Shown here piece by piece: positions 9,081 through 18,051 of a DNA stretch of 35,345 nucleotides. Source of the DNA: a virus (lineage: Duplodnaviria; Caudoviricetes). Under the pieces are notes generated by a model. The model had not been told where the DNA came from and did not search any database. It saw only the letters and a program-made list of their open reading frames with translations. The stretch lies in IMG/VR virus record IMGVR_UViG_3300047390_000001, positions 1-35,345 of that record, one strand, 5' to 3'. How positions within the stretch are numbered: position 1 is the first letter of the stretch; each line of letters opens with the position of its first letter. Made by a program: the position numbers and the translations under genes.

Positions 9081-9359
9081 ATGATGCAAACAGACGTACT
9101 AGCGGCTCACAGAGAAACTACAGGCACAGTGGTGTCGGGACGTAATAGGCTTAAAGGTCTAATTGTCACGCCCGGCGGTACTGCGGGAGACATTATTCTT
9201 AGAGATGGCGGTGCTTCTGGCACAACTCGTCTTCAGTTTAATTTGTCTACCAATCAATCCGCGTTTTCTTTTACAGTGCCAGGTGAGGGAGTGTTGTATC
9301 TAACTGATATACACGTAACCTTACCTGCATCTTCAAAGATCACGGTGTTCTATGGCTAA
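9081..9359 (+). CDS. Small beta-rich putative virion protein
   Basis: AAGGAG RBS at 9068-9073 favours the ATG at 9081. Motifs GRNRLKG, LRDGG, VPGEGVL, ITVFYG. Confidence 0.75.
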   Translation: MMQTDVLAAHRETTGTVVSGRNRLKGLIVTPGGTAGDIILRDGGASGTTRLQFNLSTNQSAFSFTVPGEGVLYLTDIHVTLPASSKITVFYG

Positions 9360-9597
9360 GTCCCCCGCATGGCAGAGAAAAGAAGGCAAGTCCGAGAAGG
9401 GCGGCTTGAATGCCAAAGGCCGAGCCTCTGCCAAAGCGCAAGGCATGAACTTGAAACCTCCCCAGCCGGAAGGCGGCTCACGGCGCGACTCTTTCTGTGC
9501 AAGGATGAGTGGGATGAAAAAGAAGCTGACAAGCGAGAAGACGGCAAAAGATCCGGATTCACGTATAAACAAAGCTCTTAGAGCTTGGAATTGTTAA
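9352..9597 (+). CDS. Small basic protein (resembles DUF6321-type phage proteins, from memory)
   Basis: MAKSPAWQRKEGK..GGLNAKGRAS...RRDSFCARM...SRINKALRAWNC. Confidence 0.75.
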   Translation: MAKSPAWQRKEGKSEKGGLNAKGRASAKAQGMNLKPPQPEGGSRRDSFCARMSGMKKKLTSEKTAKDPDSRINKALRAWNC

Positions 9598-9598
9598 C

Positions 9599-9793
9599 AT
9601 GACACAACCCGACACAGCTAAAGCAGTCGCAGATGGTGCAGCAGTTTTAACAACTGTTGGTGTTATGTCTACGTGGCTTCCTCCTTTGGCTTCGCTATTC
9701 ACGATCATCTACCTTGGGCTTCGTATTTGGGAGTCTGATACTGTTCGTGGAATGACTAAACGTAAGAAGGCTGAAAATGCCATCGACGAGTAA
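9599..9793 (+). CDS. Small membrane protein, holin-like
   Basis: 64 aa with a hydrophobic core (AAVLTTVGV...WLPPLASLFTIIYLGLRIW) and a basic C-terminal tail. Confidence 0.55.
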   Translation: MTQPDTAKAVADGAAVLTTVGVMSTWLPPLASLFTIIYLGLRIWESDTVRGMTKRKKAENAIDE

Positions 9794-10169
9794 AAAACAA
9801 CACAATTTCATGGCTGCGGTGGCTAACAACCCATCGTTTGCTAAGAAAGCAGGCGTCCCGCAGTCCGTGGGTAAAGAGTTCAACGATGCCGATAAAGGCA
9901 AAACTTTTAAAAGAGGTGGTGATATGGCTTCAAGTATGGGTAAACCCGTGATGAAAAAAGGTATGAGCATGGCTAAAGACGGCATGAAGCGTCCTACACC
10001 TATGGCTGATACAGCTATGGGTGGCATGGGTATGAAAAAAGGTGGCATGCCTATGAAGATGAAAGACGGCAAAAAAGTGCCTATTTTCATGGCTAAAGGT
10101 GGCGGCATTGAGTCTAAGGGTAAAACCAAAGGCAAAATGATCACTATGAAAAATGGTGGCAAGTGCTAA
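9777..10169 (+). CDS. Lys/Met/Gly-rich basic protein with four xGG motifs
   Basis: FKRGG, MKKGG, MAKGG, MKNGG. Possible internal start at ATG 9924. Confidence 0.75.
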   Translation: MPSTSKKQHNFMAAVANNPSFAKKAGVPQSVGKEFNDADKGKTFKRGGDMASSMGKPVMKKGMSMAKDGMKRPTPMADTAMGGMGMKKGGMPMKMKDGKKVPIFMAKGGGIESKGKTKGKMITMKNGGKC

Positions 10170-10406
10170 ATGGCTGAATATAATGCCGGCGCAGGGCGGG
10201 GCAAACAGGGCGGCCCCACAGCCAAAGAACTAGATGACTACGAGCGTAAACAAAACGCTGGTATTTACACTGCTGATAAAGGCAAGCCTCCACAGGATAA
10301 AGACGGCGGTTCTGCTCCTATGAAGAAATTAGCCAAAGGTGGTTCAGTTTCGTCTCGTGCTGACGGTATCGCTCAGCGTGGTAAAACTCGCGGCACTATT
10401 TGCTAA
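10170..10406 (+). CDS. Small basic protein with LAKGG and RADGIAQRGKTRG motifs
   Basis: Abuts the previous stop codon; 78 aa. Confidence 0.75.
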   Translation: MAEYNAGAGRGKQGGPTAKELDDYERKQNAGIYTADKGKPPQDKDGGSAPMKKLAKGGSVSSRADGIAQRGKTRGTIC

Positions 10407-10416
10407 GGACTAAATC

Positions 10417-10692
10417 ATGATGGCATCCCGTGGTATGGGCGACATAAGCGCATCTAAGATGCCCGGTGGGAAGAAGAAAGCTCGTCGGGATGACACTGAT
10501 TTTACCCAGTATAAAGAGGGTGGTAAAGTAAATGCTGCTGGCAATTACACAAAGCCTAGTCTTCGTAAGAGGATTGTGTCTCAAGTAAAGTCCGCAGCAA
10601 CGCAAGGTACTGGCGCAGGTCAGTGGTCAGCACGTAAAGCTCAGCTAGTTGCCAAGAAGTACAAGGCGGCTGGTGGGGGTTACCGAGATTGA
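10417..10692 (+). CDS. Small basic protein (YKEGG; NYTKP..R...GQWSARKAQL...YK.AGGGY)
   Basis: AAGGA RBS; 91 aa. Confidence 0.78.
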   Translation: MMASRGMGDISASKMPGGKKKARRDDTDFTQYKEGGKVNAAGNYTKPSLRKRIVSQVKSAATQGTGAGQWSARKAQLVAKKYKAAGGGYRD

Positions 10693-10922
10693 AAGCGCCT
10701 CAAAAATCATTGAAGGATTGGGGCGACCAAAAATGGAGAACCAAAAGTGGTAAAAAATCTTCTGACACTGGTGAAAGATACCTTCCAAGCGCTGCGATCA
10801 AAAGTCTTAGCTCTGCTGAGTACGCTGCGACAACGCGTGCAAAACGTGCTGGCAAAAAAGCCGGACAACAATTCGTAAAGCAACCTAAAACGATTGCAAA
10901 GAAAACAGCAGGATTTAGATAA
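10689..10922 (+). CDS. Small basic protein (KSLKDW..QKWRT...GERYLP...KQP)
   Basis: TTGA start/stop overlap with the previous gene and TAATG overlap with the next. Confidence 0.72.
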   Translation: MKAPQKSLKDWGDQKWRTKSGKKSSDTGERYLPSAAIKSLSSAEYAATTRAKRAGKKAGQQFVKQPKTIAKKTAGFR

Positions 10923-11860
10923 TGGCCTCCACCTCAGGAACCTCCGCATTTAACCTAGACTTCAACGATATCGTTGAGGAAGCGTATGAGCGGGCGGGTC
11001 TTGAGGTTCGTACTGGCTATGAGTTTCGTACCGCACGCCGGTCCTTCAACATGTTGACGATTGAATGGGCTAACCGTGGCATCAATCTATGGACTATTGA
11101 GCAAGGCCAATTTGTAATGAATACCGGGCAAGGCGTCTATGCCCTGCCTAGCGACACGATTGATTTGCTGGATCAAGTGATCCGCACACAGGCTACTACG
11201 CCCAACCAGATTGATATCAACATCAGCCGTATTTCAGAGTCAACGTACTCAACGCTGCCAAACAAACTAGCTCAAGGCCGTCCTATTCAGATGTGGACTA
11301 ATCGCCAGTCAAATCAGAGTTATTTGTCTGCTGCAACAGTAGCGGCAACGGTGGCGTCAACAGACACAACTATTACACTGAGTACAACTAATGGTTTACC
11401 CGCAACAGGATTCGTCACAATTGATTCAGAAACAATCTACTACGCTAACGTCAGCGGCAATCAATTACTTAATTGTTATCGTGGCCAGTACAACGGCAGC
11501 GTTACTACAACTGCCGCTAGTCATGCAATTAGCGCAACCGTAACAGTTAATAATCTCACGTCTGTCAATGTGTGGCCCACTCCTAACGCCCCCGGCGATC
11601 AATACGTATTTGTTTATTGGCGCATGCGGCGCATGCAAGACGCTGGTAACGGCGTTAACGTGCAGGATATCCCATTCCGGCTGATTCCATGCGTAGTGGC
11701 TGGTCTAGCCTATTATGTCGGTTCTAAGCGCCCTGACGTGCCTATGGATCGTATTGCGATGCTTAAAGCGGCCTATGAAGAACAATGGACACTAGCGTCA
11801 CAGGAAGACCGCGAAAAGGCTCCTGACCGTTATGTTCCAAGACAGTCGTTCTACAGGTGA
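10922..11860 (+). CDS. Head-tail adaptor / tail tubular A-like protein with an inserted beta domain
   Basis: IVEEAYERAG, ARRSFN....EWANRG, GRPIQ, VWPTP, IPFRLIPCVVAGLAYY. T-rich insert at about residues 133-212. Confidence 0.65.
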   Translation: MASTSGTSAFNLDFNDIVEEAYERAGLEVRTGYEFRTARRSFNMLTIEWANRGINLWTIEQGQFVMNTGQGVYALPSDTIDLLDQVIRTQATTPNQIDINISRISESTYSTLPNKLAQGRPIQMWTNRQSNQSYLSAATVAATVASTDTTITLSTTNGLPATGFVTIDSETIYYANVSGNQLLNCYRGQYNGSVTTTAASHAISATVTVNNLTSVNVWPTPNAPGDQYVFVYWRMRRMQDAGNGVNVQDIPFRLIPCVVAGLAYYVGSKRPDVPMDRIAMLKAAYEEQWTLASQEDREKAPDRYVPRQSFYR

Positions 11861-11863
11861 TGT

Positions 11864-12292
11864 ATGTCTAGTAGATACGCTTCAGGTAAATATTCAATTG
11901 CCCAGTGTGACCGCTGCGACGAGCGGTTTATGCTGAAGGACCTGAAAAAAGAAGTTATCAAGACCCGTTTATTTAATTTGAAAGTGTGTCCTGAGTGTTG
12001 GGATCCTGATCAGCCTCAGCTACAGTTGGGTATGTACCCAGTGGATGACCCACAAGCTGTACGAGAGCCACGTCCTGATGTAAGCTATACACAGTCTGGG
12101 ACTAACGGCCTGCAGATTCTATTAACTAATAGCGTTGCGCCGGATGGGTTTGGGTATCCAGGCCAAGGTAGTAGAGATATTCAATGGGGGTGGAACCCTG
12201 TTGGTGGGGCAAGTAGTTTTGATTCGGTTTTAACTCCAAATTATTTGGCGTTGAACGTAGAAGTTGGTACAGTAACCATATCGACAATTTAG
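11864..12292 (+). CDS. Zinc-ribbon (CxxC...CxxC) protein
   Basis: AQCDRC...KVCPECWD..QPQL...DPQAVREPRPD. Confidence 0.75.
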   Translation: MSSRYASGKYSIAQCDRCDERFMLKDLKKEVIKTRLFNLKVCPECWDPDQPQLQLGMYPVDDPQAVREPRPDVSYTQSGTNGLQILLTNSVAPDGFGYPGQGSRDIQWGWNPVGGASSFDSVLTPNYLALNVEVGTVTISTI

Positions 12293-12301
12293 GAGCTTAA
12301 T

Positions 12302-12484
12302 ATGGACAAGAAAGATTTGGCGCAGGACAAAAAAATGATGTCTGGCATGGTGCATAAGCACGAAAAAGGCATGCATCAAGGTATGAAACCAACAAAGTTT
12401 GCCAAGGGTGGCAAGACTAACGCTAACATGAAGACTATGGGTCGTGGTTTAGCTAAAGTAGCTAATCAAAAAAGAGGTGGTTAA
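12302..12484 (+). CDS. Small basic protein with FAKGG motif
   Basis: AGGAG RBS; 60 aa, K/M-rich. Confidence 0.75.
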   Translation: MDKKDLAQDKKMMSGMVHKHEKGMHQGMKPTKFAKGGKTNANMKTMGRGLAKVANQKRGG

Positions 12485-12485
12485 T

Positions 12486-12743
12486 ATGGCTACGTTTAGT
12501 AAAAAAGTAATGGGCAAAGAAGTTGGTGATGCATCAGTTTATGCAACTCCACACACTATGACGGGCAAGCCTATTAAAGCTGCTTCTAATTCCCGTCCTG
12601 ACCGAAGCGATGCGTCTACAGTCAATATGTCTGTTGCGGGCATTAACCGCAGGTCAGCACCAGAAGCTAAAACAACTGGTATCGTTACCCGTGGTAACGG
12701 AGCGGCGACCAAAGGTACTATAGCCAGGGGCCCAATGGCCTGA
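12486..12743 (+). CDS. Small basic protein ending RGNGAATKG..ARGPMA
   Basis: GAGGTGG RBS favours ATG 12486 over the track's GTG 12477. Confidence 0.75.
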   Translation: MATFSKKVMGKEVGDASVYATPHTMTGKPIKAASNSRPDRSDASTVNMSVAGINRRSAPEAKTTGIVTRGNGAATKGTIARGPMA

Positions 12744-12750
12744 TACAGAC

Positions 12751-13407
12751 ATGAACTATACCGAGTTGACAGATGCCATCTGCGATTACACGCAGAACTT
12801 CGATACTGACTTTGTTAACAACATTCCGGTGTTTGTTGAACAGGCGGAGCAGCGCATCTACAATTCGGTGCAGTTCCCGTTTTTGCGGCGTAACGTTACG
12901 GGTGTAGCGTCCGTTGCAAACAAGTACTTGGCGTGCCCATCAGATTTCTTGGCCGTGTATTCGATGGCTGTAATTGATGCAACCGGCAACTACGAGTATT
13001 TGCTGAACAAAGACGTAAACTTTATTCGTCAAGCGTACCCAAATCCAACTAGTTTGGCGATTCCAAAGTACTACGCACTGTTCGGTCCTTCGTTTTTTAA
13101 TTCAGACGAGTTAACGTTTATTTTAGGCCCTACACCTGATGCGCAATACTCTATTGAGTTGCATTACTTCTATTACCCTGAGTCAATTGTTACAGCGCTC
13201 ACTTCATGGCTTGGCGACAACTTTGATACTGTACTTCTGTATGGCTCGTTAGTTGAGGCGTACACATTTATGAAGGGTGAGACTGACATGCTAGCTTTGT
13301 ATGATGGTAAGTATAAAGAAGCACTTGCATTGGCTAAACGTCTGGGTGATGGTATGGAACGTCAGGATGCTTATCGTTCTGGTCAGTATCGACAGGCGGT
13401 GACTTGA
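12751..13407 (+). CDS. Adaptor / tail tubular protein A-like
   Basis: MNYTEL..AI.DY, QAEQRI, P.DFL, PKYY, GPTPD..Y, LLYGSLVEAY.F.K. Confidence 0.7.
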   Translation: MNYTELTDAICDYTQNFDTDFVNNIPVFVEQAEQRIYNSVQFPFLRRNVTGVASVANKYLACPSDFLAVYSMAVIDATGNYEYLLNKDVNFIRQAYPNPTSLAIPKYYALFGPSFFNSDELTFILGPTPDAQYSIELHYFYYPESIVTALTSWLGDNFDTVLLYGSLVEAYTFMKGETDMLALYDGKYKEALALAKRLGDGMERQDAYRSGQYRQAVT

Positions 13408-13408
13408 T

Positions 13409-13855
13409 ATGGCTATTGCTCAAACAGCAACCACAAGCTTTAAAGTTGAGCTGCTTCAGGCGGTTCACAACTTTGGTCCAACATCGCCTAACACTTTTAA
13501 AATTGCTTTGTATACGGCAGCGGCCAATATTGGCCCGTCTACAACTGAATATACAGCAGGCAATGAGATAGTTGGTACAGGGTATACAGCTGGGGGTAAC
13601 ACGTTGGTTATCTCTACAAGCCCAACTTCAGACGCCAACACGACGGGCGTTACCACTGCCTATATCAGCTTTGCTAACACGTCATGGACAAACGCAACAT
13701 TTACATGTCGTGGTGCTTTAATTTATAACGCAACACAAAGCAACAAGTCAGTAGCAGTTCTGGACTTTGGTTCAGATAAAGTTGTTAGCAATAACACCTT
13801 TCAAATAGTTTTTCCAACAGCCAATGCCACCAGTGCAATTGTGCGTATTAATTAA
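13409..13855 (+). CDS. Tail-associated structural protein
   Basis: SFKVELL, FKIALY, GYTAGG, RGALIYN, AVLDFG; beta-sandwich-like. Confidence 0.65.
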   Translation: MAIAQTATTSFKVELLQAVHNFGPTSPNTFKIALYTAAANIGPSTTEYTAGNEIVGTGYTAGGNTLVISTSPTSDANTTGVTTAYISFANTSWTNATFTCRGALIYNATQSNKSVAVLDFGSDKVVSNNTFQIVFPTANATSAIVRIN

Positions 13856-13867
13856 ACAGGAGCTTTT

Positions 13868-14452
13868 ATGTCTATTTTTGATAACAGCCACGCCGAAGAC
13901 AAATTTTTTAGCGCTGTGAGCAGCACAAACAAGTCCGATACCTGCGTCAAAGCGGGCGGTGTGTTTACCGTTCAGTGTCGTGACAAAGACGGCCTTCTGA
14001 AGTGGGAAACCAGCAAACACAACCTCGTGGTCAACGTTGGCCTCAAGGACATGAACGACAAGTACTTCACCGGCAGCGCCTATACGGCTGCTTGGTACAT
14101 TGGTTTGTATGGCTCGGGTGCTACAAACACTCCCGCTGCTGGCGACACAATGGCTTCTCACGCTGGATGGACTGAGGTTGTGGCTTACAGCCAAGCAACT
14201 CGCCCAGTGGCTACTTTTGCAGCGGCGTCTACCGCCGACCCTTCTGTCATTACAAACTCAGCATCTCCTGCGGTGTACAGCATTAACGGCACTACTACAG
14301 TTGGCGGTGCGTTCTTAACCACTGACAATACCAAGAGCGGTACAACGGGCACATTGTTCTCTGCAGCAGACTTTGCTGCTCCCGGTGATCGCTCGGTGGT
14401 GTCTGGTGATACTCTGACCGTTACATATTCATTCAGCCTCGATGCTGCGTAA
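13868..14452 (+). CDS. Tail-associated structural protein
   Basis: NLVVNVG, WYIGL, GTLFS, R.VVSGDTL.VTY; AGGAG RBS. Confidence 0.65.
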   Translation: MSIFDNSHAEDKFFSAVSSTNKSDTCVKAGGVFTVQCRDKDGLLKWETSKHNLVVNVGLKDMNDKYFTGSAYTAAWYIGLYGSGATNTPAAGDTMASHAGWTEVVAYSQATRPVATFAAASTADPSVITNSASPAVYSINGTTTVGGAFLTTDNTKSGTTGTLFSAADFAAPGDRSVVSGDTLTVTYSFSLDAA

Positions 14453-14461
14453 GGAGCCGAC

Positions 14462-14641
14462 ATGGCAACCGCATTTAAAAAAGGTGATGTAGTCAAAGTA
14501 AATCAAACCGTGCCGCAAGGCCCGGTACTTTCGCTACGTATGGATGACGAAGGTCAGGTGTTTTATCTGATCGAGTGGGTAGACAGTAACGGCGGCACGC
14601 AACAGCGTTGGTTTGCAGAAGATGACTTAATCGGAGTTTAA
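14462..14641 (+). CDS. Small SH3-like barrel protein, 59 aa (not in the ORF track)
   Basis: AAGGAG RBS; MATAFKKGDVVKVNQTVPQGPVLSLRMDDEGQVFYLIEWVDSNGGTQQRWFAEDDLIGV; fills the gap between neighbouring genes. Confidence 0.75.
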   Translation: MATAFKKGDVVKVNQTVPQGPVLSLRMDDEGQVFYLIEWVDSNGGTQQRWFAEDDLIGV

Positions 14642-14642
14642 T

Positions 14643-15467
14643 ATGGCGCTTGTTCTTGCTGATCGTGTTCGGGAAACGTCTATAACTACCGGCACGGGGT
14701 CAGTGGTGCTGGCGGGAGCGTACCCGAGTTTCCAAAGTTTCTTGGTAGCCATTGGCAACGGCAACACTACGTATTACGCAATTTCTAACTTGTCATTAGG
14801 CGAGTGGGAAGTCGGTGTTGGCACGTACACATCAAGCGGCAATACGCTTAGCCGAAATACAGTGCTGTCCTCCAGTAACTCAGGCAGTCTGGTCAACTTT
14901 TCAGCGGGTTCTAAAGATGTTATTTGTACCCAGCCAGCAGAGCGTGCGGTGTACTTGGACTCGGCCACAAACGCCACGATACCTAACATCACCACGGGCG
15001 CATTGACGGCTTCTTCTGATTCAAGCTTCACATCGACAGGCGCGTTAATCATCAGCAAGGGAACGACTGGACAGCGACCAACACCAGCAAGCGGCATGCT
15101 TCGGTTTAACACCACCAGCACCGAGTTTGAAGGCTATAACGGCACTGCATGGGCTTCTGTGGGCGGCGCTGCGCTGAGCAACGATACAAGTACGGCGACT
15201 GATGTTTTCCCGCTGTTTGCCAACGCAACAACCGGTACGGCCTCCACGTTGTTCACATCGAACGCTAAGTTCTTATACAAGCCTTCTACTGGTGAATTAC
15301 AGGCTTCAGAGTTGGTGGCTTCAAATGGTATTGTTGTTAATAGTCAAACGGTGTCTGCAAGCTACACAATAGCTGCGGGTCAAAGCGCCATGTCTTCTGG
15401 GCCAGTCACCTTGAGTGGCGGTGTCGTAGTTACTGTTTCCGGCGGTTCACGCTGGGTAGTGTTATAA
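14643..15467 (+). CDS. Tail fibre protein (proximal/anchor)
   Basis: MALVLADRVRET, WEVGVG, GTTGQRP...GMLRFN...FEGYNGTAW, C-terminal GSRWVVL. Confidence 0.75.
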   Translation: MALVLADRVRETSITTGTGSVVLAGAYPSFQSFLVAIGNGNTTYYAISNLSLGEWEVGVGTYTSSGNTLSRNTVLSSSNSGSLVNFSAGSKDVICTQPAERAVYLDSATNATIPNITTGALTASSDSSFTSTGALIISKGTTGQRPTPASGMLRFNTTSTEFEGYNGTAWASVGGAALSNDTSTATDVFPLFANATTGTASTLFTSNAKFLYKPSTGELQASELVASNGIVVNSQTVSASYTIAAGQSAMSSGPVTLSGGVVVTVSGGSRWVVL

Positions 15468-15477
15468 AGGATTCGAC

Positions 15478-16815
15478 ATGAGCTTAGTATTACTTGGATC
15501 AACAAGCGGTAGCGTCACGCTACAAGAGCCAGCCGTTGCATGGAGCACAGTTATTGATCTTCCTGCCACATCAGGTACGATGGCGCTAACCTCTGGCTCT
15601 ACTGCGTTTACCAACCTAACAGTCACCAACGGTGCTTCTATCCAAGGCTTAACAGTAGGCCGTGGTGGTGGTGCTGTGGCTACCAATACTGCGGTGGGTG
15701 CTAGTGCTCTGCCAAATAACACCACAGGGAACCAAGGCGTTTTTGTAGGTAGTGGTGCTGGTACGTCAAACACAACGGGTATTAACAACATTGGGGTTGG
15801 TTTTCGTGCTTTGTATTCTGGTACAACAACAGGAGGTCAGAATGTGGGCGTTGGCTCTTATGCACTTTATGGAGTGACTACTGGTTCTTACAACTCTGGT
15901 TTTGGGCAAGAAGCATTACAAAGCAACACAACGGGTTCTAACAACGTAGCCGTTGGAGCAAATGCTCTTAATGCCAACACTACAGCATCTAACAGCACTG
16001 CTGTTGGTTATCAGGCGGGGTATAGCAATACAACAGGCGGTCTAAACACATTTATTGGAACACAAGCGGGTTATTCAAGTAACTACACAGGCGGGAATTC
16101 AGTCAATGTTTGTATTGGTTATCAGTCTGGTTACAACTTGACAACTGGAACTTTTAATACTTTTATTGGCAATGGTTCAACTTATCCATCTGGACAGTTA
16201 GTTACCACTGGTAGTAAGAACGTAATCATTGGTGGTTTTGGCGGTAACAACGGTGGCCTAGACATTCGCACAGCAAGCAACAAAATCGTGCTGTCTGATG
16301 GGGATGGAAATCCTGCTGTGTATATTGACAATCCAAATGCAAATACTGCTGTTTTTGCTAACTCAGCAACTGGAAACAGATATGCTATTTTTGGAATGAG
16401 CATAAATAGCACATACAAAGCGCAAATGTATTGGGATAACACCAATCTTGCAACATATATCCAATCTGGTGGAACTGGTGGCGTCTATCTTGGTGTTAAC
16501 GGAAATGCTTGGGTATCTGTTTCCGATGAAAGGTTGAAAGAAAACCTTGTTGCTATTGAAAACGGATTGTCTAAAGTATGTTCATTGCGTTCTGTAACTG
16601 GCAATTTTATTGATGACGAATCTAAGAAATCAAAATCATTCTTAATTGCACAAGATGTACAAGCTGTGCTTCCAGAAGCTGTGTCAACATCAACGCAAAA
16701 AGATAGCGATACAGAATATCTTGGTGTTGCATATTCTGATGTTATCCCGCTTCTTGTAGCCGCAATCAAAGAACTCAAAGCAGAATTTGACGCTTACAAA
16801 GCATCTCACCCATAA
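15478..16815 (+). CDS. Tail spike/fibre with YadA-head-like NTTG repeats and a C-terminal S74 intramolecular chaperone
   Basis: Repeated N.AVG..AL..NTTG units; SDERLKEN, LIAQDV..VLPEAV, LVAAIKEL. Confidence 0.85.
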   Translation: MSLVLLGSTSGSVTLQEPAVAWSTVIDLPATSGTMALTSGSTAFTNLTVTNGASIQGLTVGRGGGAVATNTAVGASALPNNTTGNQGVFVGSGAGTSNTTGINNIGVGFRALYSGTTTGGQNVGVGSYALYGVTTGSYNSGFGQEALQSNTTGSNNVAVGANALNANTTASNSTAVGYQAGYSNTTGGLNTFIGTQAGYSSNYTGGNSVNVCIGYQSGYNLTTGTFNTFIGNGSTYPSGQLVTTGSKNVIIGGFGGNNGGLDIRTASNKIVLSDGDGNPAVYIDNPNANTAVFANSATGNRYAIFGMSINSTYKAQMYWDNTNLATYIQSGGTGGVYLGVNGNAWVSVSDERLKENLVAIENGLSKVCSLRSVTGNFIDDESKKSKSFLIAQDVQAVLPEAVSTSTQKDSDTEYLGVAYSDVIPLLVAAIKELKAEFDAYKASHP

Positions 16816-16823
16816 GGACTAAT

Positions 16824-17039
16824 ATGACTGAACTAACACTTGAACAACAAATTGCCAAGCACTACTCTGCTTGCTTAGATAGCGTGGCTCTCATCAATGC
16901 TGGCAAACCAGAAGACATGACTGCTGAAGAATGGGCAGACTGCTTGGCTCGTAACAAAGAGCATCTAGTTTTAATGTTGGCTAAAGACTTCTGGACAACT
17001 GAAGATTTAACACCGCTACAACAAGCAATAGGAACTTAA
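16824..17039 (+). CDS. Small acidic protein, probable fibre assembly/accessory factor
   Basis: AAGGA RBS; 71 aa (DSVALI, RNKEHL, WTTEDLTP); lies between fibre genes. Confidence 0.65.
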   Translation: MTELTLEQQIAKHYSACLDSVALINAGKPEDMTAEEWADCLARNKEHLVLMLAKDFWTTEDLTPLQQAIGT

Positions 17040-17040
17040 C

Positions 17041-18051
17041 ATGGCAAGCATAATCAACGCCGCAACATCAGGTGGGCTAATCACCACTGCCGACACATCG
17101 GGCATATTGCAACTGCAAACGGCAGGGACTACTGCGGTGACTGTGGATGCTTCACAGAATGTGGGTATTGGCACAACAAGTCCTACAAACAGAGTTTCCA
17201 TTGTTACGGCAAGTGGCTCAGATGGAATCGTATCTGTAAAAAGCCCATTAACTGAAACTGCGGGTGTTGTTATTGATGGTGGCACAAGTTCTAACAAAGG
17301 TGCTGTTCTTAAGTTTTCAAAAGATGCCACAGTAAAGTGGCAAATGGGAACAGATAGCGCAATCATTGGAAGTACATCTGATAATTTCCATTTGTATGGA
17401 GGTGGTGCAAACGCAATACTGTTTAGCACCAATGCGGCAGAACGAGCCAGAATAGACTCAAGCGGTAACTTGCTGGTGGGTTTAACAAGCGTATTTAACG
17501 GGACAAATTGCCCACTTCAAGTTTCTAATAGTGCGGCAAATCAAGTGTCGGCATTGAGAAATACAAATGCTAACCCGTTTGGAATCTATGTTAACTATTC
17601 AGCCGCTACTCCAAATAGCGCCCAAAATGAATTTTTATATTGTAATGATTCTTCTACGCTAAGAATGTCTGTTCGGTCTAATGGTGGTATTGCAAACTAC
17701 AGCGCAAACGATGTCAACTTGTCTGACCGCAGAGAGAAAATAAACTTTGCCCCTGCTACTTCTTACCTTGACAAGATTTGTGCAATCCCTGTTCAAACAT
17801 TCAATTACATTGACCAAAACCTTGAAGAAGATGGCGGCCTGACTCTGGGTGTGGTGGCACAAGATGTTCAAGCGGTTGCACCTGAAATGGTGATGGAAAG
17901 CAATTGGGGAACTGAAGATGAGCCAAAGATGCGTCTATCAATCTACCAGACAGATTTGCAATATGCGCTGATGAAGTGCATCCAAGAACAACAAGCCCTA
18001 ATAACCCAACTACAGGCTGATGTAGCCGCCCTTAAAGGAGCACAAGCATGA
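17041..18051 (+). CDS. Tail fibre with a C-terminal S74 chaperone
   Basis: NVGIGTTSP and ERARIDSSGNLLVG fibre repeats; SDRREKIN, GVVAQDV..VAPE, LMKCIQEQ. Confidence 0.85.
   Translation: MASIINAATSGGLITTADTSGILQLQTAGTTAVTVDASQNVGIGTTSPTNRVSIVTASGSDGIVSVKSPLTETAGVVIDGGTSSNKGAVLKFSKDATVKWQMGTDSAIIGSTSDNFHLYGGGANAILFSTNAAERARIDSSGNLLVGLTSVFNGTNCPLQVSNSAANQVSALRNTNANPFGIYVNYSAATPNSAQNEFLYCNDSSTLRMSVRSNGGIANYSANDVNLSDRREKINFAPATSYLDKICAIPVQTFNYIDQNLEEDGGLTLGVVAQDVQAVAPEMVMESNWGTEDEPKMRLSIYQTDLQYALMKCIQEQQALITQLQADVAALKGAQA

Noticed and set aside
12470-12484. Ubiquitin-like C-terminal Gly-Gly on CDS 12302
   Set aside because: No beta-grasp character and no E1/E2-like genes; the codons are explained as the SD of the next gene.
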